A DNA stretch of 64,000 bases from a virus (IMGVR_UViG_3300002092_001784:160001-224000); one strand, 5' to 3'; positions 17,742-24,817 are shown, counted from the stretch's first letter. A program made the numbers and translations. Notes: generated by a model from the letters alone, not told the origin.

Positions 17742-18092
17742 ATGTATATGACATATTCTAAGGTAAATTGGAAACAATACTTGGATAGTTCTAACCCAAC
17801 TATCAATGCGTATTTAAGTGAGTTTGGGGATGATTTTATTAGACAAACTGCCCGACGAATAGAACTGGCACACAAACTAAAAAAACCACAAATAATTTTA
17901 TTTAGATTCAGAGATTCGGAAATACTTTCTGTGATGGAAAGTAGGGATTATTTGATTGCTCTTAAATATTTACTTAATTTATGTATTAAGTTGGAAAAAT
18001 ATGAATTATGTAGGGATATAACTAATGTAATACATTCGGTTGAGGTTCGAAAGAAAATTAAACTAATACAAAGAGATAGTGTATTTGTTTGA
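17742..18092 (+). CDS. hypothetical protein with UVR-like C-terminal helix
   Basis: LEKYELCRDI motif. Confidence 0.55.
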   Translation: MYMTYSKVNWKQYLDSSNPTINAYLSEFGDDFIRQTARRIELAHKLKKPQIILFRFRDSEILSVMESRDYLIALKYLLNLCIKLEKYELCRDITNVIHSVEVRKKIKLIQRDSVFV

Positions 18093-18126
18093 TAGAGTTT
18101 ATAATTTTTAACTAATTTAACTAATT

Positions 18127-18957
18127 ATGTCTAAAAAAGGGGAAGTAAAACCACAACCGTCAGAAACAACTAAAGATTCTGTACTACCTGTTCCTAAAAT
18201 TATTAAAAGAATTAAATTCAAATCAAAAAATCAGAAACGATTTTATAAAGCAATTGAGCAAGAAAATAATCAAATTATTATGGCTCATGCTTTGGCAGGG
18301 GCTGGTAAAACACATGTATCAATACAAAAGGGATTAGAATTACTCTTAAATAGGGCATCCAACATACAAAAAATCATAATAATAAATCCAACCGTGGATG
18401 TTGGTAATGAAGATAAACTTGGATTTCTACCCGGTGATTTAATGGAAAAAATTGAAGTACATAATGAATCATCGGTTTTTATTTTGAATCAAATAATAGG
18501 TGCAGCTGAAACAAAGAAATTAATAGAAAAGGGTAAGATCGAATTTAGAGTTCTTAATTTTTTAAGAGGTATAAATTTTCAAAACTCTTATATTATTATG
18601 GATGAAGCTCAAAACGCATCACCTCAACAGTTAAAAACTTTAGTAACCCGTATTTCTGATGATTCAAAACTTATTATGCAGGGTGACCTTTCGCAATGTG
18701 ATAAGTATCGCACTAACGGAACACCTGCCTATGAAAAAAGTGGGTTTTATGATGTGTGGACTAGATTAGCAATGGTTGAAGGTGTATATCAGATAGAATT
18801 TCAGCGAGAAGATTGTATTCGTTCTGGAATTGTAAAACGTGTTCTTGAACAATATGAATTAGAGGAACAAATATATCTGGGAGAACGTAATCCATATGAA
18901 TTGAATTATATTCAGAACGGTCAAACCGAATGGGATGATCCATATGAACCACAATAA
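18127..18957 (+). CDS. phoH: PhoH-like ATPase
   Basis: ALAGAGKT, LGFLPGDL, FLRG, MDEAQN, GDLSQCD, IRSGIV. Confidence 0.92.
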   Translation: MSKKGEVKPQPSETTKDSVLPVPKIIKRIKFKSKNQKRFYKAIEQENNQIIMAHALAGAGKTHVSIQKGLELLLNRASNIQKIIIINPTVDVGNEDKLGFLPGDLMEKIEVHNESSVFILNQIIGAAETKKLIEKGKIEFRVLNFLRGINFQNSYIIMDEAQNASPQQLKTLVTRISDDSKLIMQGDLSQCDKYRTNGTPAYEKSGFYDVWTRLAMVEGVYQIEFQREDCIRSGIVKRVLEQYELEEQIYLGERNPYELNYIQNGQTEWDDPYEPQ

Positions 18958-18987
18958 AATTATCAAATTAGTACAGTAGAATAACAG

Positions 18988-19019
18988 ATATAGCCTATGA
19001 AAATAGGCTATATTTTTTT
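18988..19019 (+). terminator. intrinsic terminator
   Basis: ATATAGCCTAT-gaaa-ATAGGCTATAT plus T-run. Confidence 0.85.
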
Positions 19020-19039
19020 AGTTAAAAAATGTTAAAATA

Positions 19040-19071
19040 TTAGGAAATACGAATTATATTTTGTATATTTG
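19040..19071 (+). promoter_or_regulatory. Bacteroidota sigma70 promoter
   Basis: TTAG 19040-19043, 20-nt spacer, TATATTTG 19064-19071. Confidence 0.7.
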
Positions 19072-19088
19072 AGTATTAATTATTGGTT

Positions 19089-19553
19089 ATGACAGAGAAA
19101 GAAAAAAAAGTAATTTTTATTGACATGGACGGTGTCATTACCGACTTCCTCGGAGGGGTCGATACTTATTGGGAGAAACATCATAATAAGAGTAAAAAAC
19201 GTACAGAGCCCGATACAATTCCCGGTATTTTTAGAGATTTATTACCAATCGAAGGAGCAATTGATTCAATCAACCGATTGGCCGAAAGTGGTAAGTATGA
19301 ATTATACATAGCAACCACCGCTCCTTGGGGGCATCCTGAGGCGGCAACTGATAAACGATATTGGATTGAAAAATATTTCGGAGAACTGTTTCACAAACGA
19401 TTAACAATTACTCACAATAAAGATATGTTATATGGTGATTATCTTATTGATGATAGAACTAAGAATGGTGCCGGAGAATTTAGAGGTGAACTAATTCATT
19501 TCGGTACAAAAAAATTCCCTGATTGGGAAGCAGTGTTAAAATATTTAGTATGA
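19089..19553 (+). CDS. 5'(3')-deoxyribonucleotidase (HAD, NT5C-like)
   Basis: FIDMDGVITDF, ATTAPW, DYLIDDR. Confidence 0.9.
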   Translation: MTEKEKKVIFIDMDGVITDFLGGVDTYWEKHHNKSKKRTEPDTIPGIFRDLLPIEGAIDSINRLAESGKYELYIATTAPWGHPEAATDKRYWIEKYFGELFHKRLTITHNKDMLYGDYLIDDRTKNGAGEFRGELIHFGTKKFPDWEAVLKYLV

Positions 19554-19948
19554 GAAAATCAGAAATAAAGTTACCATTAACTCCGATAACGGAGAACACC
19601 TTTAAGAGACAAGGTTGGATAAAACATACATTTTCAACAACTACAATGTCAGTTGATGAACTTGATGAAATGGATGATGACGATGATGATATAACACCAT
19701 CTGATCCTAATTCAAATGAAGCGTATTTTTATATTCTACCAATACCAAAAGCCAGAACTGATAATTACGCACCATTATTCGTTTCTAATGCATCAAATGA
19801 ACTTTCTGTTCTAAAAGAAATGGGTATTAACCCCGAAAATTTCTTTGTGGAAATTATGAATATGGATGGATTAGGATATTGTGATACCGAAGAAGATTTA
19901 GAAATTTTGTACAGAGCATTAACTGGAGATGATATAAACGCAAAATAA
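19550..19948 (+). CDS. hypothetical protein with acidic tract
   Basis: ATGA-coupled ATG 19550; DELDEMDDDDDD. Confidence 0.7.
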   Translation: MRKSEIKLPLTPITENTFKRQGWIKHTFSTTTMSVDELDEMDDDDDDITPSDPNSNEAYFYILPIPKARTDNYAPLFVSNASNELSVLKEMGINPENFFVEIMNMDGLGYCDTEEDLEILYRALTGDDINAK

Positions 19949-19955
19949 GTTATAA

Positions 19956-20612
19956 ATGAGAAATTACAATGAAGTTCAATTGGCTGAAAACTATGAAAAA
20001 TTTATTGATTTCATAAAGAAAGCCTTCGTTTCAAATCCAACCAGATTGGAACAATTATTATTTATGTATTCGGAAGAAGAGTTAGGTTCTGAGTTGGTGG
20101 TAGCTCCTGCGAGTGGTAAATTACATTTTCATTCGGCATATGTTGGTGGGTACATTGATCACGTTATGAATGTGTGTAAAAACGCATACAAACTTAAAGG
20201 AATTTATGAAGCCGGCGGTGGTACTATTGATTTTACAAATGAAGAATTGATATTTGCCGCATTGCATCATGATTTGGGAAAGCTTGGTGATGGAAAACAA
20301 CCATATTATATCCCACAAGAAAGTGATTGGCATCGGAAAAATAAGAATGAAATTTTCCAGTTAAACGGAGAACTTCACTATATGGATGTTACTCACCGTG
20401 CGTTATGGTTACTCAATCAATATGGAATAAAATATTCTCAAAAAGAAATGTTGGGAATAATGCTTGCTGATGGAATTTACAATGAAGCAAATAAAAAGTA
20501 TTTAGTTGCATATTCGGAAGATTTTCAGCTTAAAACAGAGTTACCTTATATTTTACATTGGGCAGATCATATGAGTTGCCGAATTGAAACATCTGAATAT
20601 AGAAATGGCTAA
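19956..20612 (+). CDS. HD-domain phosphohydrolase
   Basis: HSAYVGGYIDH...ALHHDLGK...HWADH. Confidence 0.88.
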   Translation: MRNYNEVQLAENYEKFIDFIKKAFVSNPTRLEQLLFMYSEEELGSELVVAPASGKLHFHSAYVGGYIDHVMNVCKNAYKLKGIYEAGGGTIDFTNEELIFAALHHDLGKLGDGKQPYYIPQESDWHRKNKNEIFQLNGELHYMDVTHRALWLLNQYGIKYSQKEMLGIMLADGIYNEANKKYLVAYSEDFQLKTELPYILHWADHMSCRIETSEYRNG

Positions 20613-20636
20613 TATGTAAAAAAATTACAGATAGCT

Positions 20637-20645
20637 ATATTTATA
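20637..20645 (+). promoter_or_regulatory. candidate late promoter ATATTTATA
   Basis: Upstream of structured hsp20 leader. Confidence 0.5.
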
Positions 20646-20720
20646 TATAATAGTGCCCGGCCGGCATATTAACCGCATCAGCCCATTATGGGGGATGTTT
20701 AACTTAAAAAACAAAAAAAG

Positions 20721-21200
20721 ATGAAAGACAATTTGACAAGAGGGTTTCCCACCCGTATTAATAGGGATGAGTTTCTTACACCATTCGATACAATTTTCGA
20801 TAGGTTTTTCAACGAAAGTTTCCCACAACTTTCAAAAGAGGTTGGTGTAAATGTGTTTCAATCATCATCGTATCCAAAATGTGATTTCATAGATTATGAT
20901 GATAGAATAGAAATCATAGCAGAGATTCCCGGATTATCTAAAGAGCAAATCGCAATTGATGTTGATGGTGATCAAGTTTCAATCAAAGGAAACAAATCAC
21001 AAACTTCACCGATGAAAGAAGGTGGAACTGTATTACATAGAGAATTAAAAAAATCTACATTCCAGCGTTCATTTATGGCGGATTCTAAGATATTTAACTT
21101 GGATAAAATTTCCGCAAAATTCAGTGATGGGATGCTTGAATTAGTAATTCCTAAAAGAGAAAAAGTAGTTCCGACTAAACGAATAATCGAAATCCAATAA
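20721..21200 (+). CDS. small heat-shock protein (Hsp20/alpha-crystallin)
   Basis: AEIPGLSKEQI, HRE...FQRSF, AKFSDGMLELVIPK. Confidence 0.92.
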   Translation: MKDNLTRGFPTRINRDEFLTPFDTIFDRFFNESFPQLSKEVGVNVFQSSSYPKCDFIDYDDRIEIIAEIPGLSKEQIAIDVDGDQVSIKGNKSQTSPMKEGGTVLHRELKKSTFQRSFMADSKIFNLDKISAKFSDGMLELVIPKREKVVPTKRIIEIQ

Positions 21201-21223
21201 CCTTAATTTAGGTGATAAAATCG

Positions 21224-21252
21224 AAAGGGTGGGTTAAAAACTCACCCTTTTT
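21224..21252 (+). terminator. intrinsic terminator
   Basis: AAAGGGTGGGTT-aaa-AACTCACCCTTT plus T-run. Confidence 0.8.
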
Positions 21253-21262
21253 CACATTTTTA

Positions 21263-21271
21263 ATATTTATA
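21263..21271 (+). promoter_or_regulatory. candidate late promoter ATATTTATA
   Basis: Just after terminator, upstream of 21294. Confidence 0.55.
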
Positions 21272-21293
21272 GTATATAACTAATAACGAAATT

Positions 21294-21473
21294 ATGAAAC
21301 CAGAATACCAACAAAGAGCAATTGAAAATCTAAGTGCTATTGATAAAAGGGCAGATATTGTTCAACAAATGATGGAAGGAACACGCCCTGCAAATCCAGC
21401 CGAAGCGCTTAGATTGATGAAAGAAATCAAAAGGTTAGTAGAATTAACAAACAATTTAGTGGATTTATCGTAA
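21294..21473 (+). CDS. small helical protein (59 aa, below track cut-off)
   Basis: MKPEYQQRAIENLSAIDKRA...LVDLS*. Confidence 0.65.
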   Translation: MKPEYQQRAIENLSAIDKRADIVQQMMEGTRPANPAEALRLMKEIKRLVELTNNLVDLS

Positions 21474-21474
21474 G

Positions 21475-22518
21475 ATGAATTGGCTTAAATATTTAGTAGG
21501 ATTTTCCGCACTTCTTGTAGCAGGATGTGCGGCATTTTTTTCTGTAAGTGGGCTTGGTGTGTTATTTAGTGGCGCATCTATGGCGGTTATGGTAATGGCG
21601 GGTTCGTTGGAATTTGCCAAATTAGTGGCTGCAACTTATCTGAAACAAACGTGGGATACTATTAAAGGATTTAATAAATGGTATTTAACTTTGGCAGTTG
21701 GGTTACTAATGTTAATTACATCTGCCGGTATCTTTGGTTATCTTTCAAATGCCTTCCAACAACAAAATATAAAGTTGGAGCAAGTGGAGAGGGAGATTTC
21801 AGTATATGATACTAAAATAAAACAAAATGAGAGTGAGATTGCAAGATACACTGAACAGTTGAAAAACTTACAGCAAATTCGTAATTCTCAGGAATCAAAC
21901 ATATCAAAGATAGTAGATAAGAATGGTTCAACTTCACGTTTGTCACAAATGGTGGGTTCTGCTGATAAGGAATTAACATCAATTTCGGCAAAAATAAATA
22001 CGCTTACAGATACCAACAATAAAAATTTTGAAAAAATAAATGAAATAAAAAATACTAACATTGATTTGGAAAAGGAAGTTGGGGGATTTAGATTTGTAGC
22101 CAAAGCCTTCAATGCCGATTTGAATACCGTTGTTAAGTTTTTTATATTTCTAATTGTATTTGTATTTGACCCATTGGCAATCGCACTCATTATAGCATTT
22201 AACGGGTTGATTGGTACAAATTTAACAAAATCTGAAATTCCCATTGAACCATCGGATGATATTAAGAGGTATAGAGTATATGGTGAAAGAGAATCAGATA
22301 AAACCGATGCTGAGATTCTTTTGGATACCATTGATAACCCAATCGAACCAAATGATGAGTTAAAAGCAGCAGCTGAAGAATATCAAAATGAAACGGAGGA
22401 GGTATCTACTCAACCAGAAGTGTGGCCTGATATACAAACAACACCGGCCGAAGAACCCGCAGTAAAAAAAAAATTGAAGAACCCACTGAAGGGCATAGTG
22501 AATTGGTTTCACCGTTAG
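21475..22518 (+). CDS. multi-pass membrane protein with long coiled coil (short form; see frameshift finding)
   Basis: Three N-terminal TM helices, coiled coil, TM FIFLIVFVFDPLAIALII, acidic tail. Confidence 0.75.
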   Translation: MNWLKYLVGFSALLVAGCAAFFSVSGLGVLFSGASMAVMVMAGSLEFAKLVAATYLKQTWDTIKGFNKWYLTLAVGLLMLITSAGIFGYLSNAFQQQNIKLEQVEREISVYDTKIKQNESEIARYTEQLKNLQQIRNSQESNISKIVDKNGSTSRLSQMVGSADKELTSISAKINTLTDTNNKNFEKINEIKNTNIDLEKEVGGFRFVAKAFNADLNTVVKFFIFLIVFVFDPLAIALIIAFNGLIGTNLTKSEIPIEPSDDIKRYRVYGERESDKTDAEILLDTIDNPIEPNDELKAAAEEYQNETEEVSTQPEVWPDIQTTPAEEPAVKKKLKNPLKGIVNWFHR

Positions 22519-22799
22519 ATGGTTTAACTCAAGACTTCTCACGTAGAGCGATTGATATTGATGGCAATGGAATCATAGATGGTTATGATACGAATGGTGA
22601 CGGTATTATAGATGAAATACAGACATTTAGTTCAGCAAGATATGGATATGTTGAGCATGAAAAACCATATTACGCCCGCCCTAACTTTGATTGGAGTAAT
22701 ACCGAAGGGTGGATACACAACCAAAATGCAGTGAATTATTGGATAACCCATATCAGACCTCACATATATCCTACTGATTTTACATCAAAAACTTATTAA
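22464..22799 (+). CDS. EF-hand-like (DxDxDG) segment, probable -1 frame continuation of 21475 gene
   Basis: Open -1 frame from A10 run: KKKIEEPTEGHSELVSPLDG...DIDGNGIID...DTNGDGIID; only TTG start at 22503 if independent. Confidence 0.6.
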   Translation, partial: KKKIEEPTEGHSELVSPLDGLTQDFSRRAIDIDGNGIIDGYDTNGDGIIDEIQTFSSARYGYVEHEKPYYARPNFDWSNTEGWIHNQNAVNYWITHIRPHIYPTDFTSKTY

Positions 22800-22801
22800 A
22801 C

Positions 22802-22857
22802 TTAACAATTTTTTAACATTGAAAGCTTGGATTTTCCAAGCTTTTTTTGTATCTTTA
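22802..22857 (+). promoter_or_regulatory. TTAACA-N5-TTAACA box + Bacteroidota sigma70 promoter
   Basis: TTAACA 22802/22813, CTTG 22826-22829, 20-nt spacer, TATCTTTA 22850-22857. Confidence 0.78.
22822..22848 (+). terminator. intrinsic terminator embedded in promoter
   Basis: AAAGCTTGGA-ttt-TCCAAGCTTT plus T-run. Confidence 0.65.
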
Positions 22858-22899
22858 AGTATTGATTTGAGAGAGATATTAACCACAAAAATAAAAGTT

Positions 22900-23100
22900 A
22901 TGATAAAATTTATAAAAAGGATAATAAAACAGTACATCACTTGTAAACACGAACAGTATAAAGTGATACGAAAAATAATGTGTGTTGGCGAATCATACCA
23001 ACCTAAATGGTTGGATGTCTGTAAATGTAAAATTTGTAGTAAAGAATATTACTCCGATTATTACTATGAATATGGTAACGAAAAACACTATGTTAAATAA
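22900..23100 (+). CDS. small Cys/His-containing protein
   Basis: AAAGTTATG at 22900; CKH...CKCKIC. Confidence 0.65.
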   Translation: MIKFIKRIIKQYITCKHEQYKVIRKIMCVGESYQPKWLDVCKCKICSKEYYSDYYYEYGNEKHYVK

Positions 23101-23116
23101 TATTGGTCATAACGAT

Positions 23117-23172
23117 TTAACAATTTCTTAACATTAAAAATTTGGAAATCGTTAATAAATGTGTTATATTTG
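23117..23172 (+). promoter_or_regulatory. TTAACA-N5-TTAACA box + Bacteroidota sigma70 promoter
   Basis: TTAACA 23117/23128, TTTG 23141-23144, 20-nt spacer, TATATTTG 23165-23172. Confidence 0.8.
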
Positions 23173-23214
23173 AATATCAGTTTGAGAGTTGTTAATCACT
23201 AAAAATTTTGAGTT

Positions 23215-23397
23215 ATGAAAGTTTCAGTTTCCAAAAGAACCAAATCAGTTAAGGGTAAAGAATCTTATGAATCAGTTGCAGCTAAGTTCGGTTTCAAAAA
23301 ACCGGTCTACCAAAAGTACATTATCATCAACGGTGTTCCCCACAAAGCTACGGCTGAAGGTTTAGTTCCATTAACCAAAGTTGTTAAATCCATTTAA
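23215..23397 (+). CDS. small basic protein
   Basis: GAGTTATG start after promoter. Confidence 0.65.
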   Translation: MKVSVSKRTKSVKGKESYESVAAKFGFKKPVYQKYIIINGVPHKATAEGLVPLTKVVKSI

Positions 23398-23407
23398 TTT
23401 TATTGTT

Positions 23408-23587
23408 ATGAAAAGAGAAGAAATTTTGAGTGTATTGGAAACATTATCACATTCACAGGGATTTTATAGTGGGATTATGCGTGGTTATTATAGAGCAACC
23501 GAAGAACAACGTGATGAGTTCCTTTCCGGATTGGAAGAACAGAATTTTGGTGGACCTGTTGATTTAGTTATGTATTTGGAATGTTAA
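23408..23587 (+). CDS. conserved-type phage hypothetical protein
   Basis: MKREEILSVLETLSHSQGFYSG...DLVMYLE. Confidence 0.65.
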   Translation: MKREEILSVLETLSHSQGFYSGIMRGYYRATEEQRDEFLSGLEEQNFGGPVDLVMYLEC

Positions 23588-23632
23588 AAAAAGAAATCTA
23601 TCAATGTATTACTAACTTTAATTAGAAACAAA

Positions 23633-23794
23633 ATGGATAAAGAGAACAAAATTGCGGAAAACCCAAAAACAGGCAATGATTTTATAGCCGATGTTAGTAG
23701 TATGTTAGTTGCTAACGGACTACCTGCTTTTGGTACAAAAGAATTTAATTATATGTGTAGTCAGTTTTTTGGTGGAAACCCTAAAAGCAACTAA
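23633..23794 (+). CDS. cassette-fusion peptide (53 aa) reading across an attC-like right arm
   Basis: MDKENKIAENPKTGNDFIAD-V-SSMLVANG...PKSN*; GAT GTT at the putative crossover. Confidence 0.5.
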   Translation: MDKENKIAENPKTGNDFIADVSSMLVANGLPAFGTKEFNYMCSQFFGGNPKSN

Positions 23795-23805
23795 TTAGTG
23801 CTAAC
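23693..23805. mobile_element. putative gene cassette with self-complementary ends
   Basis: GTTAGTAGTATGTTAGTTGCT (23693-23713) vs reverse complement of AGCAACTAATTAGTGCTAAC (23786-23805). Confidence 0.5.
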
Positions 23806-23829
23806 GATTGTAAATAAAAAAATAAAAAT

Positions 23830-24033
23830 ATGATTAAAGAACTTAAAATTGGGGACAAGGTTAAACTTGAAGGTTATGATGAAGCTTGGATAGGGTGGGT
23901 TACAAATTCTTCATATCAAATTAGTAAGATAAAAAGTAGGTTTGATGAAAACGGTAAAATATCAGTAGGTTGGTTGCTGAAGAATTTGGAAGTGCGTTGG
24001 GTTTCAAAGGAGGAGTGGCACTATAAAAATTAA
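23830..24033 (+). CDS. hypothetical protein (putative cassette gene)
   Basis: Flanked by GCTAACG (23800) and CATATAACG (24039) left-arm motifs. Confidence 0.65.
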   Translation: MIKELKIGDKVKLEGYDEAWIGWVTNSSYQISKIKSRFDENGKISVGWLLKNLEVRWVSKEEWHYKN

Positions 24034-24038
24034 TATTT

Positions 24039-24170
24039 CATATAACGGTCACAGATATATGTAGTTTTTCTTAAATTGAAACATAAAACTTAAATAAAAA
24101 TGGAAGAAGTAAATAAGAACACAGAAGTTGATAACACGGATAAAAAATTACATATATCTGATGTTATATG
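24039..24170. repeat. attC-like imperfect inverted repeat (132 bp)
   Basis: CATATAAC-ggtca-CAGATATATGTAGTTTTT ... AAAAAATTACATATATCTG-at-GTTATATG. Confidence 0.7.
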
Positions 24171-24333
24171 CAGTGTTTGTGGAGGAAAAAATATCCAAAT
24201 CACAGAACACAAAAAGATAACTGGGCCACCCGCAGGAACAAAAAGAAATCCACATAGAAAAACGACTTATGGATATTTTTTTAAGAGATATACTTGTGAA
24301 TGCGGCAGTGTGTGGGAAGAAAAGGAAAGTTAG
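24100..24333 (+). CDS. zinc-ribbon protein whose N-terminus is encoded in the attC-like loop
   Basis: MEEVNKNTEVDNTDKKLHISD-V-ICSVCGG...CECG. Confidence 0.7.
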   Translation: MEEVNKNTEVDNTDKKLHISDVICSVCGGKNIQITEHKKITGPPAGTKRNPHRKTTYGYFFKRYTCECGSVWEEKES

Positions 24334-24357
24334 TGTGATTGGAACATTGTATATAAC
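24163..24357. mobile_element. putative gene cassette with self-complementary ends
   Basis: GTTATATGCAGTGTT (24163-24177) vs AACATTGTATATAAC (24343-24357): 13/15 complementary. Confidence 0.55.
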
Positions 24358-24471
24358 TCATCGCTACACGCAATAATACCTAAGATTATATATCATGAAA
24401 TCAATCAATTATACCATTGAAATTAATTAAAATCATGAAACAAATTCATAAACTCATAAATTTGAATTAAA

Positions 24472-24678
24472 ATGGGATATTTAGTCGAAAAACAAATATT
24501 AAGCGGATTTGCGTTCCATCCTATGAATGCGGTGGATAGCTGGGAACAAAAAGAAAATAAGTTGTCAGTTGAAGATGCAAAGAAATCCGCTATTGAATAC
24601 GCAACTAAAATTGAAAAAGGTAAATACAGAGTAAGGGATATTTATTCCGGCAAAGTGTTGTTTGAAGTATCTTCGTAA
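24472..24678 (+). CDS. hypothetical protein
   Basis: ORF track. Confidence 0.6.
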   Translation: MGYLVEKQILSGFAFHPMNAVDSWEQKENKLSVEDAKKSAIEYATKIEKGKYRVRDIYSGKVLFEVSS

Positions 24679-24720
24679 GTATTTACAGCGAATACCTAAA
24701 TCAGAATGTCCATTTGATTC

Positions 24721-24776
24721 TTAACAATTTCTTAACATTAAAAATTTGGAAAGCTAAATTAAAAATAGTACCTTTA
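24721..24776 (+). promoter_or_regulatory. TTAACA-N5-TTAACA box + Bacteroidota sigma70 promoter
   Basis: TTAACA 24721/24732, TTTG 24745-24748, 20-nt spacer, TACCTTTA 24769-24776. Confidence 0.78.
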
Positions 24777-24817
24777 GGTATTGATTTGAGAGAGTTATTA
24801 ATTTTAATTTTGTTATT

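Noticed and set aside
21888-22331. 147-aa minus-strand ORF (and similar antisense ORFs at 4310, 6835, 8918, 15080, 24701, 27477, 31344, 40171, 42870, 45891, 54278)
   Set aside because: Fully antisense to well-supported genes or promoters; no initiation context or promoter.
23590-24470. Complete integron (intI plus attI)
   Set aside because: No tyrosine recombinase ORF in the window; only cassette-like sites can be supported.
628-24776. TTAACAATTTCTTAACATTAAAA repeats as a CRISPR array
   Set aside because: Copies are kilobases apart, not separated by 30-40-bp spacers; no cas genes; they sit at fixed distance from promoters.
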